Shown here: one piece after another, positions 13,834-28,430 of the stretch
Numbering within the stretch: the stretch's first letter is position 1
Layout: the number at the start of each line of letters is the position of its first letter
Assembly (NCBI RefSeq): GCF_009914755.1
Contig: NC_060931.1
Strand: one strand, 5' to 3'
From: the human T2T-CHM13v2.0 reference genome, Homo sapiens
DNA length: 64,000 nt
Position numbers and translations under genes: made by a program
The notes under the pieces: model-generated
Told to the model about the DNA's origin: nothing
Seen by the model: the letters and a program-made list of their open reading frames with translations, nothing else
The model's database searches: none

Positions 13834-15404
13834 ACAAAATAGAAAATTTCCTCTAGATATGATGGACAAGGTAGCAAGGTACTTTGAGAAATCAAATCTA
13901 GATGACTTTTCGAAGTAATCAAAAGTTTCTGCACACACTTGAAAGGTGGCTAGAATTAATATTTGAATGCATAATTTTAAATTATCTATTAATGATAATG
14001 CAGACAATGAGGAAAGAATAATCTAAGTCTTTTATCATTCCAAAAGTCAACCTATTACTTCATGGTTTAAACTGACTGACTTTTATTTGCTCCATACAAA
14101 CATATCTGTCATAAAAACCAAATATTTCAGTCTAAAAGTTCTCTAAGATGCATCAAAATCATTGAATTAGGAGTGTGAGAGACGTCTAATAAGTGCTGTC
14201 CTGGGATCTCCTGGCTCATGCCTAAGGAAATAAATTAATATCAATTCAGTGATTAAATGCACATTAGGTCAGGTCTGCTGAGTCAATAATTTCCATTTTC
14301 ACCACTGCATGGATGTAATAAAATAAATACAGTGTGTTATCTTGAAGTTAAAATTAGTGTTTTTGCCACCTATAGGCAGCTTCAAAGATATTGCAAATCT
14401 TTGAGGATCACTCCTTATATAGTTTAGACAAACATTATAATTTTTATTTCTAGTGTGACCGTATTTGAACATTTGGGACAAAACACATAATGTACACTTC
14501 TCTCCAAAGTGAAATCAAAAGGCACAATACAACCATGCTGTGGTTGAAGGATGTAACATAGTTTGAAACAAAAATAAGGGAAAAGAATTGAAATTGCTTG
14601 TCTTGTCCCTTAGTAATCTTCACTGTCCACTCAATTTTTTTTATAACAGAAGGTGAACTATAATATCTCTTTGGAGAAAAGAGAAAGAGAAAGAAGGAAG
14701 ATGGCTAGAAGCTAACATCTGTTTATGTTTATATGGAAATTGATGGTACAATTAAGCTGTAACCCTGGAGTTATCTGTTCCTGAGTTTTCCCTAGAAGAA
14801 ATCTGGGAGTCATCTTGATTACTTTGTTTGTCATCATCTATATCTAATGGATATTTAAGGCTCCTTACCCTCTCTACTGCCACTGTCTTTTACATTCAAC
14901 AAATATTTGTCCAGTTACTATTTTGTGGCAAACGCTCTGTCTTCAATTTCACTTGGATTTTTGTAGCTATTTATGTTGTCTGTGCCTCCAATTTTAGCTT
15001 TATCAGTGATATTCACTACATTGACATTATATGATTTTAATGTCTATAGATACATATTTTGAAGAGCTCACATAGCTTTATGGTTTACATTCACAAACAT
15101 TAATGTCATTACATATTCCTTCAGAAATTGGCTACTAACTTTCACTCTAGTAAGATTTCTTTTTTTCTTACTTGAAAAACATCTTAAATTGCTTAAAATA
15201 GAAATAGCATGTTCTAGGATATTTTGTTTGCAAAAGTTGGTCTTTTTTGGGGGGCTTTTTTTTTTAACCTTTTTGTCAATTGGCTAATTTCTACTCAATC
15301 TCTTGGCTTACCAGTCTAGATTTTATAATTCCACTATGTGCTTCCATCACAACTTGTTTTTCCTTTTACCTTAGCACTTATCACATTGTGTTTTACTTCC
15401 TTTT

Positions 15405-15888
15405 AAGTAAATCTTTTAGTTTGAAATCATTGTAGATTCATACACAAAGGTGAGAAATAAGGCAGAGATCCATGTGCCTCTTATCAATTTCTGCCTATGG
15501 TAACATCTTGAAAAGACTATAGCCTAATATCAAAACCATGATGTTGACATGGATAAAACCTACCAATCTTAGCCACATCTACCCAGATTTACTTTCACTC
15601 TGTGTGTGTGTGCATGTGTGCTTAGTTCCATGCAATTTCAGCATGTGTAGGTTGTATGTCCACCACCACAGTCAAAATAGAGAACAGTTCCATTACCACA
15701 AGCTTTCCTCAGATTGCCACTTATAACCACATCCAATGGCTGATTTCCTCAGCCTCCAATCCTGCTCTGTATTTAACAACTAGTAACCACTAATCTGTTC
15801 TCCATTTCTTTTTTTTTTTTCATTTCCAGAATATAAATAGAATTATTTAGTATGTAACATTTTGGGACCGGCTTTTTTCCACTTAGCG
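15405..15888 (-). mobile_element. L1MC-type 3' end
   Basis: 'tgtagattcatacaca...agaaataa..cagagatcc', 'caccaccacagtcaa' and 'aaccactaatctgttctccattt' are antisense L1MC 3' UTR motifs. Confidence 0.8.
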
Positions 15889-15889
15889 G

Positions 15890-16490
15890 TGAAATAAATC
15901 AAATGTGGCCTAAATGGATGCAGAGACATACCCTATTCATGAATTAGAAAACTTAATATAGAAAAAAAGAAAATTCTTCTTAAATTGACATATAGAATGA
16001 ATGGAATTTCTGGCATAATTCCAGGAAGACTTTTGTAGATATAGACAGCCTTATTCTAAAATTTATATTAAAAGTTATGGGCCCTGGAATAGCAATGTTT
16101 TTCCATAGAAAAAATGTAGTGGGAAGAATCACTTGACCTAATACAAAGGTTTGCTATATAGCTATGTTATCAAGACAGCATGATATTGGCAGAGGGATAG
16201 ACACATAGACCAGTGGAACAGAATAGAGAACCAGAATAGATGTGTAAATATGTACAACTGATTTTTGATAAGGGTCAAAAGCAATTCAACAAATGATACT
16301 GCAGCAATTGAACATCCTATGACAGAAAAAAAAGCATTCTAAATCGCACACATAAAAAATTAAGTCAAAATGGATATTAACTTAAAGTCAAATACAAAAC
16401 ACAATGAAATTTTAGATAAAACATACCAGAAAATTTGAGGAATTGAGGTTTAGGAAAAGAGTTCTTAGACTTGATGCTATAAGCATCTAA
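15890..16490 (+). mobile_element. L1M ORF2 fragment in opposite orientation to the adjacent 3' end
   Basis: 'gacataccctattcatgaattagaa', 'attctaaaatttatat' and 'gacacatagaccagtggaacagaatagagaaccaga' are sense ORF2. Confidence 0.8.
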
Positions 16491-16514
16491 ATTAATTTTA
16501 ATGGTTTGTAAGGT

Positions 16515-16630
16515 CTTTTTTTGTTTGTTTGTTAGAGATAGAGTCTCACTAAATTTCCTGGACTGACGTCAAACTCCTGCCTTGGCCTTCCAAAATGCTG
16601 GGATCGCAGACATGAGCCAGTGTGTCCGGG
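16515..16630 (-). mobile_element. FLAM/Alu left monomer, internally deleted
   Basis: 'agagatagagtctcact...ccttggccttccaaaatgctgggat...atgagcca'. Confidence 0.75.
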
Positions 16631-17623
16631 AAAGGATTGTGAGGCCTTGATGATAAGTAATGATAGTAAGCAACATGTCTCATTCATCTTTGTAAAACAG
16701 ATGCCTATAGTGCTTGCTCATTTCTAACCTTCTTAACTGGCTTTTGTTTCCAAACTGCAAATCAACTTTTCACTCTTTGGCAGCATACAGGCATATTTCA
16801 TTATTATCATTATCATCATCATCATCATCATTCACAGTAATTTCCAAACTTAAAAAATCCTTGGGAACAAAGTATCACTCAGTCAGAAAACTGGGTTTTC
16901 CTCTCATCAGCAATGGCCTGGGTAGTTTCCATGGACTTGGTGCTGTCACAGGCTCTGGTCTCCCTAGGGCAAGTCAACATTATTGGTTGGTAGCATTTTA
17001 CAACACAAAAAAAACATGCAGTTTTGGGGAGAAGACACAAACCTTGCTCCTGGGCCCAGCAGGAAACAATGAAAGGGCAATGTAAGCACAGCTCACTTCC
17101 CCTGGAAAAGAAGGAAACAAGCTGGTACACCCCAACACTTTGCCTTGAATATAATTCAACAATATTACCACGATCTCCTTCCAGCAGTCCTCATGTGGGG
17201 ACTCCAAGATCTAGCACTTGCTGCTAAATTGTCACTGCCCAAGATGAGCTTCAACCCCTCAAGGAAGTCTTCCAACAAAAGTTTTGTTACACTGTCAATA
17301 ATTCTGTCAAGTTGAGTGATGAATTACTCTATCTTGCCCTTCTAACTCTTATTTCCATACATCAAATATACTATTTTCTCCATTCTTTGCATATGCTATT
17401 GCTTCTCCCTGGAAATTTCAAATTTCAATCATCCCACATTTCTTTTCCAGCTATCCAAATCTGTCATCTTTCATCATGCATTTTATGACTGCCTACTTCA
17501 AGATACCTTCTCTGAAGATTTCCAATTCAAATGTCCCTTCTGACATCCTATAACATGTAATATCTTACACATCATATGCTATTTTTATTGTGCTTACTTT
17601 TCTCTGTGTTAAACCTATTTTAA

Positions 17624-18108
<485 letters not shown>

Positions 18109-19599
18109 TAACCTATCTTAATTGTTTAATAATCTCCGTGAGATTGGGCCTATTGGTAGGTTTAATAAATATGAAATATTAAATTTTCTAATTGGATATT
18201 TCTGTGTGTGTGCATGTATACACTTACACATATACAAGTGCAGTTTTTTGAATTGACTTTTTATTTAATCAATTTTTATAAAAGTTCTTGGCAGTAACTT
18301 TGATTCACACAGCCAAATGTTTGGTTTTTATTTAATATAATCATTGCTATATGCTGCTGAAACATAGTAGATTGTTGGGACAGATTATAAGTGTGTGTGG
18401 GGAGGTATGTGTAATGTGACTCTTTAGAAGTTTGACCCTAAAAAGCCTGGTAGAACTTGGGGTACCCTGAATACAATGTTTTCAATATCTTGGATAAATC
18501 ATGCAACGTGTGATTTAGCACTTCGCATGATTACTGTGATTCACATATATTTGAATTCACACTGATCCTCTGTGCTAAATTCAGTTAGATGCCAAGATTT
18601 AGAATTTGGGTGCATCCACAATATTTTTCTTTTTTCTGTTGATCTGCTTGTTGTGATTGGTGATTACCAGCAGCTGCCGTGCACACTTGCTGATAATAAG
18701 AGATGTTTAGTGTTCTATTTTCTAGTTTCTCTTGTTTCAAACGCTCCGTGATAATCAGCTTATCTGCACTTGGCTTTGACAGGATGAGATTATCTTTACC
18801 CCTGTGAGTTTAGTTCTTCCATCATGGATATAAATCTTTATGGTTGGGCACATAGTGATGCTGACTGGAGAATAGGCAAGACTAGGCTTCATTCTGGCTC
18901 CAAAATGGGAATCAGCCCCTCTCTCTGGTAGAAAATATTTAGAGAACTTGGTCATCAGACATGCTTGTCTGCATGTCCCCTCATTGTTGACTGCTTTCTG
19001 GAGACAGAGGACTGTTTCTTAATAGCACTTCTCAGAAGAAGGGCCAAACATCTAGAACTCTGCAAAGATAATGAAAAATCTCTCATATCTGCAGGTTAAT
19101 GTGAATGTGAGGTTACATAGACATTCCGCAGACATTCTCCTTTCTTATTTGCATGGCTCAGTCACAATATAGGATCCAAGCTGGTCTATCTGGAAGCAGA
19201 GCCTAAAAATCCACATTCTCTGTTTCAGCTCACGTACCCGTCGTGTATCTTTGTGCCAGAGTAGCTACTACCAAAGAACTAAGATAGAAGGAGAAAAACC
19301 CATTGATTGAGAGTGATGGTCTTCATTCTTCTTAAGGACTATAGCTTCTTTAGCAAATCATTCAGTTAAACAGCATGAAAACATGGTTCCCTGCACTCGC
19401 GTTTTAACAATTCATCTATTAAATTATATATCTATGTAACAAACATCTAGTCCGTAATATGAAATACATAAAACACTTCTAAAGCAATATTTTGTCAACT
19501 ATACGTAAGTGACTTTTATTTCATTGGTTTCTGCTGAAAAAAGGTTGCTTGCTAATTGAGTATATTTCAACTTGGGAATGATTTGTTAATTATTGGTTA

Positions 19600-19770
19600 C
19601 TAAAATGTACTGCATATTAGTATCACTTAAGAGTCTTTTAATATTCCTGCTTCTCAGGTCACACACAATGCCAATTAAACCATATTCTCTGGGAATGGGG
19701 CCCAGGCATTGACGGTTCTTTGAAAGCACACAGAGGATTCTAATGAGCAGCCATGTGTGAGAATCAGTGA
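19600..19770. mobile_element. MER5-type (hAT-Charlie) DNA transposon
   Basis: 'tgcatattagtatcactt...ccaattaaa...tctctgggaatggggcccaggcat...gattctaatgagcagcca...tgagaatcagtg'. Confidence 0.75.
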
Positions 19771-20839
19771 TTAACTAATCACTCTAAGTACTCATATCAG
19801 AATAGTCATCTCCTCTGGCTTACTGGGATAGGCAAAATTTCAAATTTGTTTGCTCATCTTTAGCACTTTAGCATATAGATAGATAGTTGGATCTAGATAT
19901 AGATCTAGATATGCACTCTTAGTACTGATTTGCTCCTACTTAGCCATTGTAAGCATTCCCATTTCTGTTAAACTCTAAAAATATATGAAATATTTTTGCC
20001 TCAAGTATCCTATTTCTATGGCTTTAGGCATCCCAACAAAATTCATGATGGTTTTCCTGTAAGCTTTAAGTGTTGGAGGCACTTTGTTCTGTTTGCTGCC
20101 CAATAAATCTCCTGGGCCTGAAAATGGCATCCAAATTACAATAATGGGAATGTGCACATGCCTTGTAACTGGGGTGGATCAGAGAGTAAAATATTAAATA
20201 ATATATACAGTGAAAGCAGCTCCAGAGACATTTTCTGGAATCTGCTGTACGATATTCAAGTCTCAATATTTAGGTTTTTATAGCATCTTCGTACATGTTA
20301 CTTCCTGCTTTTGTTCATTTCCTAGCATGCATTTCATGAATGAAGTATCCAGCAGGATGAAATAAAAATGATCATTTATCTCCCATTGTTTCTTATCATA
20401 TTTGTAGATTAATAGCAATATGAATTCATGTTGTGAAGGCGCATCCTAGTTTGGAGGGTTGATTTTCGATACATGTCTCTGAGATGTGAATATCAGTTAT
20501 CACATAGAAAATATTGAAGAAAGTTCCTATTTCAATACTGCTTTCACCTTGTGGTTACTGATTATTGTTGCCATTATCGATTTTAGAAATTCCTAATAAG
20601 TAAATGCACATGAGAAGTCCAAACAGTAATGAAGTGTATTTACTCAGAAGAAAAGTTCTCTCTTTCAAAACTCCTTCAAAGTTTTAATCCCTTCTGAGAC
20701 ATAACCCCTGACAACAACAATCTGAATTCAGTGTGAGTTAAAAATATAACCACCCTTATAAATGCACACACCTATATGCATAAACAAACATACTTCTTTA
20801 TGCGTAGAATTGCATGAAAATATGTTTGCTTACAGAGAT

Positions 20840-21687
20840 ATGAGAAAAAAAGTGTGTTTTATTTTTCTTTCTCTGTTTTCACAGTCACTCAATATAGCAC
20901 AGAATGCCTCTGACACCAAATGTGTGAAGTTTTTCCCCACACAACAAGTAAGCAATTCTGCAGTGGACACCAGCAGGCTGTCCTCTAATTCAATTCTATC
21001 CCAACACTATCTACCTGGAGATAGTGTCAGATCCCAAAGGTTGAGGATTCAGTCTTGAAAGACTGGCCCCCACATCAGATGCTAGTCAAAAGCATGGGTT
21101 ATGATTTGTGCTTCTGACTGACCAGTTGTGAATCAGGATTCCTATGACCCTTTCCTTGGATTTGATTAATTTGCTAGAGCAGCTTGCAGAACTCAGGGAA
21201 ACACTATGTTTGCTGGCTTATTATAAGGGATATTACAAAGGATACAGATAAATGGCCAGTTGAAAAAGATGCATAATGTTGGGTATATGGCAAACAGTGT
21301 GAAGTTTCCATGGCCTCTCAAGGCTTGCCATCCTCCAGGAACCTCCACCTATTCAGCTATCTAGAAGCTCCTAGAACACAGTTTAAAACAAAATTGTGGA
21401 AGCTTGACTAATTAAATCTTTGGCCAGCAGTGATCAACTTAACCTTCGGCCGTCTTTCTTCTCCCTGGAAGTTAGGTGGGGTGGTGGAGGTGAAATTTCT
21501 GATCCTTTAATCCTACCTTGTTTTTTCCAGCCCCCAGTCTCCATCCTGAAGCTATCTGGGAGCCCCCAGCCACCAGGGATTTTATTAGCATAAGAAAATG
21601 CTGTTATCTTTCTGAAGATTCCAAGAGTTTTAGGAACTGTATGCCAGGGAATAAGGACTATCACCAAATTTATATTTCACAAAATCA
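20840..21687 (-). mobile_element. MER21-type LTR
   Basis: 'aagcaattctgcagtggacaccagc...tcctctaattcaattc...cactatctacctggagatag.gtcagatccca'. The reverse complement begins 'tgattttgtgaaatataaatttgg...cctaaaactcttggaat'. Confidence 0.75.
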
Positions 21688-21981
21688 GTTTCTGTTTTAA
21701 ATTGGATTGTTTTATAGGCATTGGTGTTCTGAAACTTGCTACTTTCTAACAGCAGTGAAGACATTTTCATGTCAGTAATTATTATTTCTTTATACAGCAT
21801 TTTATTTTTATTGAGGTATAGTTACAGTAAAATATACAGACCACAGTTTGATGAATGTCAAACCAACACTCCAATCAAGATAGAGAATACTTTCAGTGTT
21901 CTGATTTGCATGTTCATGCAACATGACTTTTAATGACAACACAATATCGATTTGTATGAATATATTATACTTTTTTATTGG

Positions 21982-22842
21982 TGTTAACTGAAAAATCACA
22001 AGCTTTATAAACTTAGAAAGCAGAGCTTTATTTCTTATGAAGTGTTACAATCTGCAGCCTCTAGCTAAAACTAAAAGCAGGTACTTCAGAGAAAAAAGGA
22101 GAATCTGAGATCTATGCCCAGTGAGATTAGATACACATACCTATTCATTTATGAGGTAGTCTTAATGTATGCATACTGAATAAACATGTATGTTACATAT
22201 GACCCAGGTTTTCTTTGGGGTGGAGATATAAGATTTAAGTGCATTACAATTAGGCCTTATACATCTAAGGTGAAGTAGAGACTGGAAGTCAATCAGTGCA
22301 CAGCCCCTGTAAACTGGCCAAAGCTAGTCCATGGTTGGTGGTCCCTTATCAGTCAAAAGTTGCTTAAATCAGTCTTTTGTCCAGTCAAAGCTGTAGTTAT
22401 GGTTTGTAGAACAGGGGATCTAGTTAGTCAGTGTCTGGTTGTCAGTGAGCTGCAATTGCTTTAATATTGCTTATCTGGAGGCTAGTGCTTATTTGGCTGC
22501 TAGAGAAAAAGAAAAGATCTTGTGGCAGTTAGAACAAGAGTTTATTCTTTAAGTGTAGGGGTGCATAACTAAAACTTTGGCAAATATGACCTTAGGTCTT
22601 TATAATTTGGTGCCTTATTGCCACAACGAGTCTGTTCTGTCAGTCTTATGTTCACTATTTTAAGGTTAATGCTGATCAGTTTTGTCTAAGTCACAAACTG
22701 GAGGGGTTATAACAAGGCATGTCCAACCTCCCATCCCATCATGGCTGAGAACTCAGGGTTTAAAGTTTCCCTGGGGTCCCCTTGGCCAAGACAACATCTA
22801 TTCAGTTTGTTGGGGAGCTTAGGATTTTATTTTTACTTCTCA
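21982..22842 (-). mobile_element. MER4-group ERV1 solo LTR (MER4D/E-like)
   Basis: The reverse complement starts 'tgagaagtaaaaataaaatcctaagctccccaac...cttggccaaggggaccccagggaaac'; TG...CA ends. Confidence 0.75.
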
Positions 22843-25426
22843 ATTTCTCAGTGTCTTATTGATAAGCATTTGTACTGTTTCTATTTTCTCCATTCTAAAA
22901 ATTAAAATCAATATCCATGTCATTTATACCTGTGCACATGTCCAGGTGTTTCTTCAGAGCAGATACCCAGAAGTACAAATGGTCATGCAAAAACACTGGT
23001 GCAATTATTCTTCTAATAATACTTTTAAATGTATCACTTTGGCTGACTGGCCAATTTTCCTTCTTGTTATGAGAACAGGGAGCCAGATGTAAAGCCCCAT
23101 AATGACCAAACACAGAACAGCTCTACTTGGGGTATGAACATTGTAGTATGTTTCAATCTTAAGTGGAGCTGAATTCTTTCTTCTTATTACTCCTCTATAT
23201 TTATTGTGAAAATCTAGTTTTATATTAAGCTTTGCTGCTCTGTTTCTCTCTCTGATCCCAATAACTGTGAAAGAAGTTCCCAAGTACCCACTGCTTTGAT
23301 TTTAGGAGTTTATCTAGAGGAAATCATAGCTATCCACCCACTCCTATAGCCATGAGTGGTTGATTTATTTCTCAAGCAGTTCTTCAATTAAGTACTGATA
23401 TAGTCTTGCTACAGCTCACTCTTTGTTGATTCTAAACTTGGAGTTCCTCAGCAGCTTATATGGCAAAGTCTGTTCTCACCTATGCAACAGTTTTATTTTA
23501 TGCCTTTTTTTGCTTGTTGTTTCAATTTCTTTTTCCCCAAATATGATCTCATCTGTTTTTTATCTTTTAGAAAGTACACATTTGTATCAGTATTTGTTAA
23601 CTTTATTATTTCCTGTTTTATTGCTATTATTTATTTTAAAATAAATGTATTTTCTGCTAATTCAATGACATTAAGTTGAAATTAGATGGGAAGAAGAGAT
23701 AAATGTGTGTGCTCAGTCCGCCACTTGGAAGTAGAATCCGAACCTGCTTCCGAAAAATACAACTTAGTTCACATGGTTTCAATGACTGTGGCAACACATA
23801 ATATGTAAGCAATATCTCCTCACATTTTTATTCTATTTCTGAATCTAATAGTAAATCGTTATACTATGTTGTTTTTTATTCTTTATTTTTAATACATACA
23901 AAAGAGGCAAGAGTTTAAAGAAAATTCTCAACATTATTGTATTTAAAATACCTGCTAATAAACTTCATATCTGAGCATTTTTAGTCATTTGTATGTGTAT
24001 ATGCATGAATGTTGTATGAAGATATATTTTTAAGAGTTCAGAGGCAGTTTCAACTTGAGATAGCACTTGACTCAGGGTTTTTGACATGTATTTGATAATG
24101 GATGGTTGATTCCATGAACAGATTATGAGAACACACACTGCCTTCACTCCTCTTCTGAGATGCTTGTAGCTATCTTTCCTGAATAAAAAAATAGCTTCTA
24201 GACCCTGGGACATATCGATAGGCACCAAGACACTTTGATCCTAATTCCAGTTCAAGCAAAGAGAAGAAATTGCTGACTTACTTGTATACCATGAAAGCAG
24301 GCTTAAATGAGTTATAAGACGTTACACTAAACAAACAAGTAACAATTGAATTAAGAGAAAAATAATAGAATTTACTTCATAGAGAGGCTTATTTCCAATG
24401 TTTAAATTTTATCACACGCTAAATGATGTTAAAACTCTTTTTGCAGGAAATTGGACCTTTATAAACTAACTTTTTGACAGGAGATCCCTATCAAGATTTT
24501 TTGTGAACTTTTTTCTTTTGGTTCATCCATACAAAAAGAAAGAGAGTGAAACAGGAAGTAATTTGCCTCAGCTTATATAGTGAAAACACTTAGGACTCCT
24601 TCATATAGAGAGCTCTAGACCAAAGGCTGCCAGAGACCTTGACCTTGAATGTCCACGGCATAATGTATACTGCTTGATAAATCAGAGCTCCTACAAATAT
24701 CTTGGGAAATTTTTGTAACATTAGAATTGTGACCAGTATTAATAATCTTCCAATTAGGTACAAAGAAATTTTAATAACATACAGTGCTGTGTCTTATAAT
24801 AGGTTTTACATTTTTTAAAATGTTTAAAATTTTATGAGATAAACTTTTGAAAACTTGCTTCAGAAGAAAGCACTAAAGTCTAGCATAATTACATAAAACA
24901 TTTTGAAGTAGAAAAGAGAAAATTTCAGCTCCAAATTAGATTTTCACTTGGAATCAGTATTTTAAGGTTTATTGAGAAGTAGTGTAAGAATTTGATTTCA
25001 TATTTGAAATATTGAGAGTAGTAAGTCACTTCAACCAAAAAGGGGTGCTTTAAAAGAATTCTTCATAAAAATAAAAGATTTTATAGTTATGAATTCTATT
25101 ACTAGTACTTAGAGTTTTTCTTGCACAAATTCAAAATATTTCTAGCTGTGAAGCAGAAATCAACATATAATTAATTTTTGATCTTATCAAAGCAGTTTAA
25201 TCAATAAGTAAGTAAATCATATTAAAGTCTACAAAGCTGTGTTTACCTGCACAACAAAAAGAATGTTTCATAAGTGTCGAATGAAAATTGCAAGATTCTT
25301 TATGAGTCAGGGTGAGCTAAGCTGCCATAACAAAAATACAGATATAACATACGTTTAGCAAGATGTTAGGATGAAAAAAATATGTACGTGTATTTTTATA
25401 TGTTTATCAAAATGTCAAGACTTGAG

Positions 25427-25427
<1 letters not shown>

Positions 25428-25472
<45 letters not shown>
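25428..25472. repeat. (TA)~22 microsatellite
   Basis: Read directly. Confidence 0.97.
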
Positions 25473-25476
<4 letters not shown>

Positions 25477-26940
25477 TTCTTAATTAAGAGACAATCCCTC
25501 TATCCCTTCCCTGGGGAAGATATTATAGGTCAATGAGAAAAGATGCATTTATGTATACTTGTGGGGTAAGAGTGAAGAGAGGGTTTCCAGATTCAAATAG
25601 TTACGTGGAGTCTCAGACTAACAGTAATTCTTCATCTTCAGCACTGGACTTCCAAGATCATGCTGGCTTTCACTATTCAAGGCAAGAAGAATGGTGAAAG
25701 AACATGGAAGAGTGCACATATATCACCTAAAATAATACGTCTGTATGTGAAATGTTTTAGGTAAATTAAAAATAATTAAATAAGAATGAATATAGGTGAG
25801 ATAAAGTTTTAGGAGAAATATTTCAAAAAGATAGTAATTGTATGAATGTTAAGAAATTTAACTTTTAAGTAAAAAACAACTTGCTTTTCCAGCTTTATGA
25901 GCAACATTTTAAAACATTAACAGTTCTCTTTTTGGAAGATTAGGTTGACATATTAAACAGTTTAGAATTCCCAGTTATTTAAATTAATTTTTAATAGGAT
26001 GATCTTAACTTTATTACATTATAACTGAGCAAACATTCACATTCCCCAAGAACTCATATATTAACAGAGCATGCAGCTGTCAAGTATTTTTGAAAAGGCA
26101 ATCAAAATAACTGTGAAACTATTTTTTATGGATGACATAATCCAAATGCAGAAATGCATTAGAACATCCTCTGCATATTCCATGGCTTAATGACCAATCT
26201 CATCTTCATTCAGCATTTTTCATCTACTTGTGCTTAAAAGGATTGAAGTAATTCTAAAACCAGCTTTCATATAAACACAATATATTTTTCCAAATTATGA
26301 GAGCTGTCAGAATGTAAATGTAGTATATTACCTGAGCAAAACATAAGCCTCTTAACTCTCATGTCTTTTCACAGCTTTACCTTTGAAAAGTATTACCAAT
26401 TGCAAATCAGTCAAATGTTCGAAATCTTTCAAATAGTGGAAGTATACAAAATGCAGCAACTATTAAAATTAGTTAAGTACAGCAAAGCTTCATGATAAAC
26501 AAAATGAGACATCTTTTCTTATAAATACATTCACTGGATGCAGATAATGTACTGAAGTTCTTTATTTGACCCTCTCTATTTGAGATAAGGAATATAATTG
26601 ACTTGGATACCGAAGGATCGAATGTTACCATGTCAAGTTGAAAATGATTAAGTGATTTTTAATCCAGTAATTAGAGCCTAATATAACACAGAAAATTGTT
26701 ATTGAACTACAATACCTCAATTTTATTTTTTCATTTATTGATAAGTAACCTCCTTTGGTGACAATGTATACTTTGCTCGATAGATCGGATTTTGAAACAT
26801 GTCATGTTTCATAAGCAAATATCTCATAATTTACCTTGGGTTATTATAAATATTGAGTCTTTTTCAATAGTCATAATTTTTTATTAATTGATTTGTGTAT
26901 GTCTTTCAACTAGTAACCTCTATGTTTAGTACAGACATCT

Positions 26941-27153
26941 TTCACTGTTGTATTCTTAGCATATAAAACAATACTGAGCATGAACTAATGGCTCAATAAG
27001 TACTTTTAAATAAATGAGTTCATGACCTTGAGTAAACCATGTAATAATGCTAATATTAATATGCTATATGTCACAAATATTAATAAAATATACTATTACT
27101 CTAAAACCTTTTCATATAAGATCTCCAAAAGATTTAAAATAAGCAAATCTACT
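26941..27153 (+). repeat. Local duplication, copy 1 (donor; begins with an L2 3' end)
   Basis: Aligns to 28023-28239 with 11 substitutions and one 4-bp indel by manual alignment. Confidence 0.95.
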
Positions 27154-27914
27154 TTTGCATTAGAGGCTTTCTTGTTACTTTAAACATAGTCATTCCAGTT
27201 TTCTTAAATTGCCAACCAAGCCTAATTTTTAACCAATTATCATAGGGTATTTATATACTAAATTAAGTGAGGGGGTGAAATGTTACATCTCAGTTTCAGG
27301 ATTTTAGTTTTCTTCTTTTCAAAACAGTCCCTATCCATTCCGCAAAACATTTACTACTTCTTTCACTAAGGTATTGAACTGATCATAGTAAACTTAGCAA
27401 CCTACACCCTTCTGATTAGTTCAAAATGGGTTTCCATCATTATTTCCCCTGTTCTACGTTCTATTCAATTCCAGTATTGTGATAATGGTGTTCTCTCTTA
27501 CAGAACTATTGTGCTACTTAATTGATGTTTGTTATATACTTGGAGATCTTTGGATGGTAGATGATATTCTGGTGCCAAGTGCATTATTATTTCATTAAAA
27601 TCAATGCCTAGATGAAATGCATTGCAGAAGGTAATGGCCTGAAAAGTGTTTTCTATTACCAAGTGGAAAGAATATATTTGTTTGGCAGCTTTCTAGGTAC
27701 AGTCTAAGCAGGTGGCCACCAGCAAACTGACACCTAGAAGAGAAATATTTCATTCACACTATTTAGATTTTAATTGAATTATTTACAAAGAATATAAATT
27801 CTGAGCTATTTTTGCTAAGTGGATCAATCACTTTATACAAGGACAAATGAAAACCTACAAGGAAAAATATAAAGCTTCAGATTAGATTTACAAGAAAATG
27901 CTTACTTTAAAGAC

Positions 27915-28280
27915 TCAGTTTAGTGTAGTGAAAGACCATGAGCTTGTAGTCAAATAAGTTGGGCTTGAATCCAGGGCCCATCAGTGTTGCAGTTCCATGA
28001 CACACAGACTGGATCTGTCTTGTTCACTGTTGTATTCTTGGCATGTAAAACAATATTGAGCATGAACTAATGGCTCAATAAGCACTTTTAAATAAATAAA
28101 TGAGTTCATGACCTTGAGCAAACCATGTAATAATGCTAATATTAATATGCTGTATGTAACAAATATTAATAAAAGATACTGTTACTCTAAAACTTTTTGA
28201 TATAAGATCTCCAAAAGATTTAAAATAAGCAAATCTACTGACCTAGATGAGGTTGCTTTTTGCTTTGATTCTCTCCTTTT
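27915..28280 (+). mobile_element. MIR fragment split by the duplication
   Basis: 'tagtgtagtgaaagaccatgagcttgtagtcaaataag.tgggcttgaatccagg...catgac' resumes as 'ctagatgaggttgctt'. Confidence 0.65.
28002..28239 (+). repeat. Local duplication, copy 2 (inserted into a MIR)
   Basis: About 95% identical to copy 1; TGAC on both sides (27998-28001, 28239-28242). Confidence 0.95.
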
Positions 28281-28291
28281 AGCTTTTGAGG

Positions 28292-28430
28292 TTTTTTTTT
28301 TTTTAATTGTTTAGTTTGTAGAGACTGGATCTATGTTGCACAGGTTAGTCTCAAACTCCTGGGCACAAGCAATCCTCCCACCTCAGCCTCCCAAAATGCA
28401 GGGATTACAAGTGTGACCCACCATGCCAGG
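28292..28430 (-). mobile_element. FLAM_C-like Alu monomer
   Basis: 'gtctcaaactcctgggcacaagcaatcctcccacctcagcctcccaaa'. Perfect 13-bp TSD tctctccttttag at 28270-28282/28431-28443. Confidence 0.9.

Noticed and set aside
18480-19300. Non-repetitive stretch that might be a conserved enhancer
   Set aside because: No diagnostic feature in the sequence alone; conservation or chromatin data would be needed.
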